Source: an uncultured Gemmatimonadaceae bacterium
GTDB taxonomy: Bacteria > Gemmatimonadota > Gemmatimonadetes > Gemmatimonadales > GWC2-71-9
Assembly (NCBI GenBank): GCA_964501735.1
Contig: CAZCVG010000004.1
Span: 1-47,037, forward strand
DNA length: 47,037 nucleotides
Direction of reading: 5' to 3'
The translations under genes and the position numbers were made by a program. Under the pieces are notes generated by a model, which saw only the letters and a list, made by a program, of their open reading frames with translations, was not told the DNA's origin and did not search any database. Positions 1 to 9,071 of the stretch are shown one piece after another (positions within the stretch are counted from its first letter, which is position 1; each line of letters starts with the position of its first letter).

Positions 1-194
1 GCCTGCTGTACGAGGCCAGCCCCATGGCCTTCATCGCCGAGCAGGCCGGCGGGTCCGCCACCGATGGGATCGCCCGCATCCTGGATATCGTCCCCACCGA
101 GCTGCACCAGCGCACCCCGCTGGTCATCGGCTCGCGGGAGGACGTCGGCTTCGTGGCCGATACCCTGCGCGCCATGAACCAGGACCGGGCCTAG
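1..194 (+). CDS. fbp: fructose-1,6-bisphosphatase class 1, C-terminal fragment (5' end outside window)
   Basis: Frame 3 reads [41 protein letters not shown], the conserved C-terminal block of class I FBPases. TAG at 192-194. Confidence 0.9.
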   Translation, partial: LLYEASPMAFIAEQAGGSATDGIARILDIVPTELHQRTPLVIGSREDVGFVADTLRAMNQDRA

Positions 195-230
195 CATGCT
201 GACCGGCGGCCCCGCCCGCAGGAGCCACTC

Positions 231-1784
231 GTGACGGACGCGCCTCGCCAGCGGGTCTACGGCCCCGCCGACTGGAACCGGGATCCGGGTGAGGCCCTGG
301 GCCAGCCGGGCCAGTTCCCGTTCACCCGCGGGGTGTACCCCGGGATGTACACCGAGCGGCTCTGGACCATGCGGCAATACGCGGGATTCGGCACCGCGGA
401 GGAAACCAACCAGCGCTTCCACCACCTGCTGGAGGCGGGCCAGAGCGGGCTCAGCACCGCCTTCGACCTCCCGACCCAGATGGGCTTCGACTCCGACCAT
501 CCGATGGCGGCTGGCGAGGTGGGGCGGGTGGGCGTGGCCATTGATACTGTCGAGGACCTGCACGACCTGTTCCGGGGCATTCCGCTCGACCAGGTCTCCA
601 CCTCCATGACCATCAACGCCACCGCCGCGATCCTGCTCGGCATGTACGTGGTGGTGGGGGAGGAGCAGGGGGTGCGCCGGCAGCAGCTGCAGGGCACGGT
701 GCAGAACGACGTGCTCAAGGAGTACATCGCCCGGGGAACCTACATCTATCCGGCGGAACCCTCACTTCGCCTGGTCACCGACCTCTTCCGGTTCGTGGCG
801 GAGGAGGAGATGAACTTCAACCCGATTTCCATCAGCGGCTATCACATGCGGGAGGCCGGCGCCACCGCGGCCCAGGAGGTCGCCTTTACGCTGTCCAACG
901 CCCTCGAATACGTGGGCCGGGCCATCGCTGCGGGCCTGGACGTAGACCGGTTCGGTCCCCGGCTGTCTTTCTTCTTTGCCGCGCACAACGACCTCTTCGA
1001 GGAGGCGGCCAAGTTCCGCGCCGCCCGGCGTCTCTGGGCGCGGCTGGCCCGGGAGCGGTTCAGCGCGGGAGACCCGACCTGCCGGCTCCGGTTCCACACC
1101 CAGACCGGCGGGGTCACCCTCCAGGCCCAGCAGCCGCTCAACAACGTGGTGCGGGTCACGGTGCAGGCGCTGGCGGCCACGCTGGGCGGCTCGCAGTCCC
1201 TCCACACCAACGGGTATGACGAGGCGCTTGCCCTGCCAACGGCCGAGTCGGCCACGCTCGCGCTTCGCACCCAGCAGATCCTGGCCTACGAGAGCGGTCT
1301 CGGGGCCGTGGTGGATCCGCTGGCGGGAAGCTGGTACGTCGAGGCCCTCACCGACCGGATCGAGGCCGAGGCCCGCGCCATTCTGGAGGAAGTGGAGGCG
1401 ATGGGCGGGGCCGTCCGGGCCATCGAGCGGGGCTGGTTCCAGGAGGCCATTGCCGCCAGCGCCTGGCGGCTGCAGCAGGCCCAGGAATCGGGCGCGCAGG
1501 TGGTGGTGGGAGTCAACCGGTTCACGGACGGGTCCGAGCCTCCGGCGCTCACCCGCCCGGACTACTCGGCCCTGGCCGAGCGCCAGATTGCGAGGCTGGC
1601 CGCGGTGAAGCGGGAGCGGGACGGCTCCCGGGTGGCGGCCGCCCTGGCCGCCGTGGGCCAGGTGGCGCGCGGCAGCGGCCCGCTGGTCCCGCCGATCATC
1701 GAGGCGGCGCGGGCAAGGGCCACGCTCGGGGAGATCAGCGACGTCCTGCGTGAGGCCTGGGGGGAGTACCACAGCACCGCCTGA
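231..1784 (+). CDS. methylmalonyl-CoA mutase family protein, catalytic (TIM-barrel) domain only, 517 aa
   Basis: GTG start 6 nt after AGGAG. Contains FTRGVYPGMY..WTMRQYAGFGTAEETNQRF..GLSTAFDLPTQMGFDSD, typical of acyl-CoA mutase large subunits. There is no C-terminal B12-binding domain. Confidence 0.9.
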   Translation: MTDAPRQRVYGPADWNRDPGEALGQPGQFPFTRGVYPGMYTERLWTMRQYAGFGTAEETNQRFHHLLEAGQSGLSTAFDLPTQMGFDSDHPMAAGEVGRVGVAIDTVEDLHDLFRGIPLDQVSTSMTINATAAILLGMYVVVGEEQGVRRQQLQGTVQNDVLKEYIARGTYIYPAEPSLRLVTDLFRFVAEEEMNFNPISISGYHMREAGATAAQEVAFTLSNALEYVGRAIAAGLDVDRFGPRLSFFFAAHNDLFEEAAKFRAARRLWARLARERFSAGDPTCRLRFHTQTGGVTLQAQQPLNNVVRVTVQALAATLGGSQSLHTNGYDEALALPTAESATLALRTQQILAYESGLGAVVDPLAGSWYVEALTDRIEAEARAILEEVEAMGGAVRAIERGWFQEAIAASAWRLQQAQESGAQVVVGVNRFTDGSEPPALTRPDYSALAERQIARLAAVKRERDGSRVAAALAAVGQVARGSGPLVPPIIEAARARATLGEISDVLREAWGEYHSTA

Positions 1785-1842
1785 GCCGTCGCCTGGCGGC
1801 GCCTCTTGCCCGGAACCAGGCTGTCCCTCGGTGGACCAGCCC

Positions 1843-2547
1843 CTACAGCTTGATCTGCACCCCGATGTGCACCACCAGCAGGTTGGTTTCGCTCTCGACC
1901 GGGGAAATGATCACATTGCCGCCGGAGTCAGTGTCCAGGCTGCCTTCCCGCAGGTAGCGGGTACGGCCGTGGGTCTGGTACCGGAGCCCGCCGTCGAGGA
2001 ACACCGGGGTGCGGCCGTGGGAGATCTGGTACATGATGCCCCCGCCGGCGGTCAGGGCCCAGGTCCAGTCGTTGAAGTTGGTGCTGCTGGCAAACGGGTT
2101 GGAGTTGTTGGAACCCTCCGCGCTTGTCACGGTGGCGAAGTTGGAGGCGCCGAAAGTGCCGTAGAGGTGGGGACGGAACGCGCCGGTGGCCAGATGGAAC
2201 TCGGGACCCACACCGAAGGAGTAGATGTCGTTGCTGGTGGTCAGGTCCACGAAGATGCCGGGGAGCCCGGGGAAGGGAATCCGCTCCGACGTGCGGCCAT
2301 ACTGGATCCACGAGCCATGGAGCCGGATGCCAAACCGCCGGGCCGGGTCCAGGAGAAATGTCAGGTTTCCGCCCACTCCCACCCCGGTCCCCACGAACTC
2401 GCTGAACTCACCCTGCGGAAAACCCAGCTGGAGGTTGAGCGCACCGAACGCCCTCGCGGGTGACTCGTCGGGGACCTCACGGTAGTTCTGGGCAGCCAGC
2501 GGGCTGGCAGCGAGCAGGGCGCAGACGGCAAGGAGGTGTCGGGACAC
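1843..2547 (-). CDS. outer-membrane beta-barrel protein (unknown family), about 234 aa
   Basis: Signal peptide LLAVCALLAASPLAAQ, alternating beta-strand pattern, Gly/aromatic rich. I prefer the GTG at 2547 (preceded by GGAGAG) over the track start at 2619. Confidence 0.7.
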   Translation of the reverse strand: MSRHLLAVCALLAASPLAAQNYREVPDESPARAFGALNLQLGFPQGEFSEFVGTGVGVGGNLTFLLDPARRFGIRLHGSWIQYGRTSERIPFPGLPGIFVDLTTSNDIYSFGVGPEFHLATGAFRPHLYGTFGASNFATVTSAEGSNNSNPFASSTNFNDWTWALTAGGGIMYQISHGRTPVFLDGGLRYQTHGRTRYLREGSLDTDSGGNVIISPVESETNLLVVHIGVQIKL

Positions 2548-2718
2548 GGAGCTCTCCGGTGACGGAAACGGGCGGACCACGCGGTGCAGGATAGTCCCCG
2601 TTCCCCGGCGGAGCGTCAAGGCCCGCTCTGGCCAGCACCGGGCGCGGCCCGTAGATTGACTCTAATCGCATCAACTCGACCCAGGGACGGGACGGGACCC
2701 CCAGTGGAGGCCCACGCC

Positions 2719-3873
2719 ATGCGCTTTCATGGCGATTCCATCCCCGCGTCGCCCGCCCGAGTCCTGCTCGCCGCCGCCACGCTGATCCTGCTTGCCGCCG
2801 TGCCCGCCCGTGCCCAGCTGGCCCGGGCCGCCGAGCCCTTCGCCCGGGGCAAGCCCCTGAGTGAGTGGGTCACCCAGGCCAGTCACTACATCCCGGAGCT
2901 GCGCCGCGAAGCCATCCGAGCCATCGCCGCGCTGGGGCCGGCGGCGAGCAGCGCGTTGCCGGTGCTGGTTCGCGCCGCACGGGACGAGAGCGAGGAGGTG
3001 CGATTCTGGGCGGTCACCGCCATCGGCGGCCTCGGTGCGGAGGCCCGTGCCGCGGCGCCAGCCCTCCTGACCGTGATGGCGGACGACGTTCGCCGGGTGC
3101 AGGAGGCCGCCCGACGGGCCCTGGAGGCGCTGGGCCCGGCATCCACCCCGGTGCTCCTCCCCGCGCTCCGGAGCCGTGATCCGTGGATTCGGGCCAACGC
3201 CGCCGAGGCCATCGGCGTGGTGGGCGAGGCCCGGGGGAAGGTGGTGCCGGAGCTCATCGTACTCCTGGCGGATGATTCGCTCTGGGTGCGCGCGTCCGCC
3301 GCGTGGGCTCTCGGGCAGATCGGGCCCGAGGCGCGCCGGGCGGTGAAGCCCCTGTCGGCGCTGCTGCAGGAGGAGCTGCGCCGCGACCCGGCACTCGCTT
3401 CCCCCGCCGGGCGTGTCCGGGTGGAGCACGTGACCTTCGCCCTCGGCCGCATGGGGCGGCACGCCGGCGACGCCGTTCCCCAGCTCCTCTCGGTCTTTTT
3501 CGACGGCGGCGACTCGCTCCGGTCGGTGGCCACGGTGGCCCTGGCGGGGGTGGGCCGGAAGGCGGCCCGCCCGCTCGGGGAGGCCCTGCTGGCGGGTCCC
3601 CAGGCGGTCCGGCTGGACGCGGCTCGCGGCATCCGGCTCATCGGGCCTGACGCCAAGGACGCGGTGCCGAGCCTGGTGAAAGTGCTGGAACGGATTGACG
3701 AGCTGGAGGGCGGCCGCCAGCTCCTGATCGCCTCGGCCGACGCGCTCGGCGCCATCGGCAAGGATGCCAAGGCGGCGCGCCGGGTGCTGGAACGCCAGCG
3801 GGCCCGGAGCGTCTCACCGGACGTGGTCGCCGCCCTGGACCGGGCGCTCCGCAAGATCCGCTACGGCGGGTAA
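2719..3873 (+). CDS. secreted HEAT-repeat (PBS-lyase-like) protein, 384 aa
   Basis: ATG at 2719 followed by signal peptide VLLAAATLILLAAVPARAQ. Repeated units of the form R..A..ALG.LGP.A..A.P.L...L.D....VR..A..AL occur about 8 times. Confidence 0.75.
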   Translation: MRFHGDSIPASPARVLLAAATLILLAAVPARAQLARAAEPFARGKPLSEWVTQASHYIPELRREAIRAIAALGPAASSALPVLVRAARDESEEVRFWAVTAIGGLGAEARAAAPALLTVMADDVRRVQEAARRALEALGPASTPVLLPALRSRDPWIRANAAEAIGVVGEARGKVVPELIVLLADDSLWVRASAAWALGQIGPEARRAVKPLSALLQEELRRDPALASPAGRVRVEHVTFALGRMGRHAGDAVPQLLSVFFDGGDSLRSVATVALAGVGRKAARPLGEALLAGPQAVRLDAARGIRLIGPDAKDAVPSLVKVLERIDELEGGRQLLIASADALGAIGKDAKAARRVLERQRARSVSPDVVAALDRALRKIRYGG

Positions 3874-3993
3874 GCCGGCGCGGCGCCGCGCCACTGCGGC
3901 GGGTCGCCCGCGCCCACTCCTCGGCCGGGGCGGGTCGCGCGCCCTTGTCCCTCCTCCAGCTTCGACTCCCGCCAGCTCCTCCTCCAGTAGAGC

Positions 3994-4022
3994 TTGAACC
4001 CCGGGCAGCGACCGGCTAAGAT
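3994..4022 (+). promoter_or_regulatory. sigma70-like promoter candidate for the fmdB-argS unit
   Basis: TTGAAC (3994-3999), 17-nt spacer, TAAGAT (4017-4022). It sits 34 nt upstream of the ATG at 4056. Confidence 0.35.
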
Positions 4023-4055
4023 ATTGCGCCGTTTCCTCTTAGACCCGTGGGTGGT

Positions 4056-4388
4056 ATGCCGACGTACGAGTACAGGTGCCCCCAAGGGCACGACTTCGAG
4101 CTTTTCCAGAAGATGTCCGACAAGCCCAGGGCCAAGTGCCCCACCTGCGGCCAGGCGGCGACGCGGAAGATCTCCGGTGGAGCGGGGCTGGTCTTCAAGG
4201 GCTCGGGTTTCTACATCACCGATTACGGCAAGGACGGGAAGGGGCCCCGCAAGGACACCGACAAGGCGCCCGCCGACAAGCCGGCCGACAAGCCCGCAGA
4301 GGCCAAGCCCGCCGGGCCGAAGGCCGCCGAGACCGCCACCCCCAAGCCGGAGAAGGCTGCCGCCAAGAAGAAGGCCGGGAGTGAGTGA
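4056..4388 (+). CDS. FmdB-family zinc-ribbon protein with Lys/Pro/Ala-rich tail
   Basis: MPTYEYRCPQGHDFE...KCPTCG gives the CxxC..CxxC pattern, followed by GSGFYITDY. The C-terminal 50 aa are K/P/A-rich. Confidence 0.85.
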   Translation: MPTYEYRCPQGHDFELFQKMSDKPRAKCPTCGQAATRKISGGAGLVFKGSGFYITDYGKDGKGPRKDTDKAPADKPADKPAEAKPAGPKAAETATPKPEKAAAKKKAGSE

Positions 4389-6012
4389 CCGGATCCGGGC
4401 CGAGCTGGCCCGCGTGGCTGCCACCCTTGGCGTCCCGGCGGCGGATTTCGTGGTGGAGCGCCCGCGAGACCCGGGTCACGGCGACCTGTCCACCAACCTC
4501 GCCATGCTGCTGGCCAAGCCGCTCAAGCAGAATCCGCGGGCGCTGGCCCAGCGGATCCTGGGTGAGCTGTCGCTGCCGGCGGATGTCGTGGCCCGGACGG
4601 AGATCGCCGGGCCGGGGTTCATCAATTTCTGGCTGGCGCAGGATGCGCTCGCCTCAATCCTGGCAACGGTCATCGCGGCGGGATCCCACTACGGCCGGTC
4701 ACGTGCGACTCCCCCCCAGCGGATCAACGTCGAGTTCGTCTCGGCCAACCCGACCGGCCCGCTCCATGTGGGCCACGGCCGCGGCGCGACCCTGGGGGAC
4801 GCGCTGGCGGCGCTGCTGGAATGGACCGGTCACGAGGTCACCCGCGAGTTCTACATCAACGACGCCGGCGTGCAGATCGAGCGCGTCATCCAGAGTCTCG
4901 CGGCCCGGGTGCGGCAGCAGTCCGGACGCCCGGGGCAGGTGCCCGAGGGCGGCTATCACGGCCAGTACCTCGTGGAGCTGGCCGACCAGCTGCTCCGGGA
5001 GCGGCCCGAACTGGCCACGGCCGACGACGCCACGCTGCTGGCGGCCTGCGGTGTGGCGCCGGGGCTGATCCGCCAGGAGCAGGAGGACCTGCTCCGGGAT
5101 CTCGGCGTGGTGTACAGGACCTGGAGCTCTGAACAGGCGATTCTGGATGCCGGCGAAGTCGAGAAGACCCTGGTGCTGCTCACGCAGCGGGGCCTCACCT
5201 ACCAGCAGGACGGGGCCCTCTTCCTCCGGACCAGCGACTTCGGCGACGACAAGGACCGGGTCCTGCGCAAGAGCGACGGGTCGCTGACCTACTTCGTGCC
5301 GGACATCGCCTACCACATCGGCAAGCATGACCGAGGGTTCGAGCGGGTCATTGACGTGTGGGGCGCGGATCATCACGGCTACATCCCCAGGATGACGGCC
5401 GCGCTGCGGGCCCTGGGCTATGGCGAGGATTTTTTCGAGGTGGCCCTGGTCCAGCTGGTGAAGGTGGTGAAGGAGGGCGAGGAAGTCCGCATGTCCAAGC
5501 GCTCCGGCGAGTTCGTGACGCTCAGGGACCTGGTGGACTGGGTGGGGGTGGACGCCACCCGCTATTTCTTCCTCACCCGGCCGGGGCAGTCCCCGTTCAC
5601 GTTCGATGTGGACCTGGCCCGGCGCCAGACCGACGAGAACCCGATCTTCTACGTGCAGATGGCGCACGCCCGGATGACCGGCATCTTCCGGGTGGCGGGC
5701 CTGGAGCCGGAGGCGGCCTCGCCGGAGATCCGCCTGGAGGGGTTCACCGCACCCGAGGACCTGGAGCTGCTCAAGAAGCTCCCGGTCTTCACCGACGTGG
5801 TGGCCAGCGCCGCCCGGACGCGGGAACCCCACCGAGTCACGGACTATCTCGAGGATCTCGCCCGGGTGGCGCACGGCTGGTATCACAAGTGCCGGGTGCT
5901 GGGCGAGGCCCCCGACACCGAAGCGGCCCGGCTGGCGCTGGCGCGGGCCACCCGCATCGTGCTGGCCAACGGACTCACCCTGCTGGGCCTCTCGGCCCCC
6001 GATCGGATGTAG
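4381..6012 (+). CDS. argS: arginine--tRNA ligase, 543 aa
   Basis: GTG at 4381 overlaps the fmdB stop. Contains SANPTGPLHVGHGRGA (HIGH motif) and RMSKRSGEF (KMSKS-like). The upstream part of track ORF 3994-4380 is Arg/Pro-rich junk. Confidence 0.95.
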   Translation: MSDRIRAELARVAATLGVPAADFVVERPRDPGHGDLSTNLAMLLAKPLKQNPRALAQRILGELSLPADVVARTEIAGPGFINFWLAQDALASILATVIAAGSHYGRSRATPPQRINVEFVSANPTGPLHVGHGRGATLGDALAALLEWTGHEVTREFYINDAGVQIERVIQSLAARVRQQSGRPGQVPEGGYHGQYLVELADQLLRERPELATADDATLLAACGVAPGLIRQEQEDLLRDLGVVYRTWSSEQAILDAGEVEKTLVLLTQRGLTYQQDGALFLRTSDFGDDKDRVLRKSDGSLTYFVPDIAYHIGKHDRGFERVIDVWGADHHGYIPRMTAALRALGYGEDFFEVALVQLVKVVKEGEEVRMSKRSGEFVTLRDLVDWVGVDATRYFFLTRPGQSPFTFDVDLARRQTDENPIFYVQMAHARMTGIFRVAGLEPEAASPEIRLEGFTAPEDLELLKKLPVFTDVVASAARTREPHRVTDYLEDLARVAHGWYHKCRVLGEAPDTEAARLALARATRIVLANGLTLLGLSAPDRM

Positions 6013-6015
6013 CGC

Positions 6016-6936
6016 ATGAGACTGCTGGCCGTGGGCAGCGTGGCCCTGGATTCCGTGATCACCCCGTTCGGCGACGTCACCGACGCGCTGGGTGGCTCAG
6101 CGGTCTACTTCGGGGTGGCGGCATCCCTGCTGACGGGGGTCCGCGTGGTGGGTGTGGTCGGGGACGATTTCCCGCATGCCGAACTGGAGCGCCTCAGCGG
6201 ACGCGGCATTGACTGGAGCGGGGTGGAACGGGCCCCGGGTGAGAGCTTCCGCTGGAAGGGCAAGTACTCCTTCGACCTGCAGAGCCGGGAGACCCTGGAG
6301 ACCCGGCTCGGCGTGTTCGCGGACTTCCGCCCCAGGATCCCGCCCGCATTCGCCGAGACTCCGTATGTCTTCCTCGGCAACATCCATCCCTCGCTGCAAC
6401 TGGCGGTGCTGGACCAGATGCGGTCTCCCAAGCTGGTGGCCTGCGACACGATGAACTACTGGATCAGCAGCGCCCGGCCGGAACTCATGGAGGTCCTCAA
6501 GCGGGTAGACCTGCTGATCGTGAATGACGAGGAGGTCCGCCAGCTCTCGGGCGACTGGAACGTCCCGCGGGCCGCCCGGTGGCTGCTCGCCCAGGGCCCC
6601 TCGCGGGTGGTGATCAAGCGCGGGGAGCATGGGGCGCTGCTGGTGGAGCCGGGCCGGTCGTTCTTCTGCCCGGCCTATCCCATGGAAGAGGTGTTCGACC
6701 CCACCGGGGCCGGCGACGCCTTCGCGGGCGGCTTCCTCGGCTACATCGCCCGAACCGGCGACATGAGCAGCGACGGATTCCGGCGGGCCATGGTCTACGG
6801 CAGCGCGATGGGCTCCTTCGCGGTGGCCAGCTTCAGCGTCGGCGGCTTCGACGGCGTCAATCCCGCCTCGCTGACCGCCCGGGTGCGGAGCTTCAAGGAC
6901 CTGACCCACTTCGAGGTGGCGGAGGCGCTGGCATGA
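6016..6936 (+). CDS. PfkB-family carbohydrate/nucleoside kinase, 306 aa
   Basis: DPTGAGDAFAGGF motif and ribokinase-like fold signature. The substrate cannot be assigned. Confidence 0.85.
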   Translation: MRLLAVGSVALDSVITPFGDVTDALGGSAVYFGVAASLLTGVRVVGVVGDDFPHAELERLSGRGIDWSGVERAPGESFRWKGKYSFDLQSRETLETRLGVFADFRPRIPPAFAETPYVFLGNIHPSLQLAVLDQMRSPKLVACDTMNYWISSARPELMEVLKRVDLLIVNDEEVRQLSGDWNVPRAARWLLAQGPSRVVIKRGEHGALLVEPGRSFFCPAYPMEEVFDPTGAGDAFAGGFLGYIARTGDMSSDGFRRAMVYGSAMGSFAVASFSVGGFDGVNPASLTARVRSFKDLTHFEVAEALA

Positions 6937-7958
6937 GCGAGCGTCAGTATGCCGCGGCCGGGGTGGACCTGGTCAGTGCCGAGGAGGCCAAGGCGCGGAT
7001 CGGGCAGCTGGTGGCCGGGACCCGCACGCCGCATTCGGTCGGGCAGGTCGGCGCCTTCGGCGGGATGGTGCGCGTCCCCGCGGGGATGAAGAAGCCGGTC
7101 CTGGTCATGAGCACCGACGGCGTGGGCACCAAGGTGCTCGTGGCGCTCCAGGCGGGACGTTTCGATACAGTCGGAGAAGATCTGGTCAACCACAGCGTCA
7201 ACGACATCCTGGTTCATGGGGCCGCCCCGCTGGCTTTCATGGACTATGTGGCCGGCACCGGCCTGACCGTCCAGCAGATTGCCGGCATCGTGGAGGGCGT
7301 GGCCCGGGGCTGCCGGGCACACGCCATGGCTCTGGCCGGGGGGGAAACCGCCGCCATGCCGGGGCTGTACCAGCCCGGCCATTTCGATCTGGCTGGGACC
7401 ATCGTGGGGGTCGTGGAGGAGGACCAGGCCCTGCACGGGGACCGCATTCAGCCCGGAGACGTGCTTCTTGCCTATGCCTCGACCGGGCTCCACACCAATG
7501 GGTACACCCTGGCCCGGCGGATCTTGCAGGAGGTCCTCAAGCTTCAACTCGATGCCCCGCTGGCCGATACTGGAACATCCGTGGCCGAGGCGCTCCTGGC
7601 GGTCCATCGCAGCTACAGCCGGGCGGTGATGCCCGTCATGGCCCGCCTCCACGGGGTCGCCCATATCACGGGGGGTGGCATTCCGGGCAATCTGGTCCGT
7701 GTTTTGCCCAAGGAATGCGAGGCCGTGGTCGAATCGGGAAGCTGGACCTGGCCGCCGCTCTTCCGCCTGCTGCAGGAGGCAGGGCGGGTGAGTACCGAGG
7801 AAATGAGGGACGTATTCAATCTGGGGGTCGGGCTGATTGCCGTCCTGCCCAGCGATGCGGTGCCGGCGGCGCAGGCCGCGGCGGAGGCTGCCGGAGTGCC
7901 AACCTGGGCGCTCGGCGAAATTCGGCAGGGAACAGAGGGGGTGCGGTTCAGCCCCTAG
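6933..7958 (+). CDS. purM: phosphoribosylformylglycinamidine cyclo-ligase (AIR synthetase)
   Basis: ATGA overlap with the upstream stop. Contains YAAAGVD, LVMSTDGVGTK and HITGGG motifs. Confidence 0.95.
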   Translation: MSERQYAAAGVDLVSAEEAKARIGQLVAGTRTPHSVGQVGAFGGMVRVPAGMKKPVLVMSTDGVGTKVLVALQAGRFDTVGEDLVNHSVNDILVHGAAPLAFMDYVAGTGLTVQQIAGIVEGVARGCRAHAMALAGGETAAMPGLYQPGHFDLAGTIVGVVEEDQALHGDRIQPGDVLLAYASTGLHTNGYTLARRILQEVLKLQLDAPLADTGTSVAEALLAVHRSYSRAVMPVMARLHGVAHITGGGIPGNLVRVLPKECEAVVESGSWTWPPLFRLLQEAGRVSTEEMRDVFNLGVGLIAVLPSDAVPAAQAAAEAAGVPTWALGEIRQGTEGVRFSP

Positions 7959-7979
7959 CACCCACACCTGGAGTCACGC

Positions 7980-8954
7980 ATGCGAAGCGCCCTCGTCGTG
8001 TCGGTCCTGCTGGTGGCGGGCTCCTCCGCCCTGGCAGCGCAGTCCGCCTACTCGGAGTGCCAGGACATCAGGATCACGGTGTCCCAGCAGAACATCAACC
8101 TCTGCAACGCCGGTGTGGATGCCTCGAACATCTTCCACCCGGTCGCCGGGCTCCTCGTCAGCGGCGGCAATCCCGTCCTGGGCAGCGTCAAGACGCTGGG
8201 CGGCTTCCCGCATCTCTCGCTGACCGCGCGAGTCAACGCCACCAAGCTCAGCATTCCCGACCCCAACTACGACGGCACCGGCACCACCGTCGGGCAGGAC
8301 GATGAGGTCTTCGCCCCGGCGCCCCTGGTCGAGGGCGCGCTCGGCATCCTCAAGGGCTTCGGCCCGACCCGGATGTTCTCGGTGGACCTGCTGGCCTCCG
8401 CCCAGCTGCTCCCCACCGACCAGGTGGATGGGCTCAGCGTGGATGACGACGCCCGGAAGATCGGCAGCATCGCGCTCGGGCTGGGGTTCGGGGCGCGGGT
8501 GGGCGTGCTCACCGGCCGGGGGCCGATTCCGACGGTGACCGTCTCCGGAATGGTGCGAAGCATCCCGAAGATCACGGTGGGTGACGTGGCCGGTGGCGAC
8601 CAGTCCCAGTTCGCGGTGGACCTCAAGGCCACCAACCTGCGGGCGGTGGCGGGCTACAAGCTCACGGTGCTGATGATCGGCGCCGGCCTCGGCTACGACA
8701 AGTACACCGGCAACGCCGACCTGCTGCTGGAAGACCAGGCCCTGGCCGGGCCGCCCATCGCGGTGAATGTCGACCTCGACAACAGCCGCACGATGGCGTT
8801 CCTGACCGGCGCGCTCGACTTCCCGGTCTTCAAGATCGCCGCGGAAATCGGCTATCAATTCGGGAAGGACCAGTCCATGCGGACCACGTTCGTCGGCAAC
8901 GACCCGGCGGACAAGCGCCTTTTCGCGGGTGGGGGCATCCGCTTCGCGTTCTAG
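7980..8954 (+). CDS. outer-membrane beta-barrel protein, unknown family, paralog A (324 aa)
   Basis: GGAG 6 nt upstream. Signal peptide ..SSALAAQ, Cys pair C27/C43, amphipathic beta-strands and a C-terminal ..GGGIRFAF (terminal Phe). Confidence 0.75.
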   Translation: MRSALVVSVLLVAGSSALAAQSAYSECQDIRITVSQQNINLCNAGVDASNIFHPVAGLLVSGGNPVLGSVKTLGGFPHLSLTARVNATKLSIPDPNYDGTGTTVGQDDEVFAPAPLVEGALGILKGFGPTRMFSVDLLASAQLLPTDQVDGLSVDDDARKIGSIALGLGFGARVGVLTGRGPIPTVTVSGMVRSIPKITVGDVAGGDQSQFAVDLKATNLRAVAGYKLTVLMIGAGLGYDKYTGNADLLLEDQALAGPPIAVNVDLDNSRTMAFLTGALDFPVFKIAAEIGYQFGKDQSMRTTFVGNDPADKRLFAGGGIRFAF

Positions 8955-8977
8955 GCCGCCCCGCACCACCCTGCCAG

Positions 8978-9018
8978 CCGCCGTCCGGGGTCAGCCCCGG
9001 GCGGCGGTTTCCTTTTTC
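8978..9018 (+). terminator. rho-independent terminator after OMP paralog A
   Basis: 13-bp stem CCGCCGTCCGGGG / CCCCGGGCGGCGG (one G-U pair), TCAG loop, then TTTCCTTTTTC. Confidence 0.8.
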
Positions 9019-9071
9019 GTGACACGGCGCAGCGCTCAAGTCCGTGTGCCCCGCCGCCGATACTGGCGGCG

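Noticed and set aside
3994-4380. N-terminal 129-aa extension of the argS track ORF. The purM (6579-6932), nusB (13365-13448), EIIB/C/D, HPr, PtsI, ABC-gene, msrP and tadA track ORFs carry similar extensions.
   Set aside because: The upstream portions are low-complexity R/P/G sequence that overlaps the real upstream genes. Family-conserved N-termini begin at internal ATG/GTG codons that overlap the preceding stop codons.
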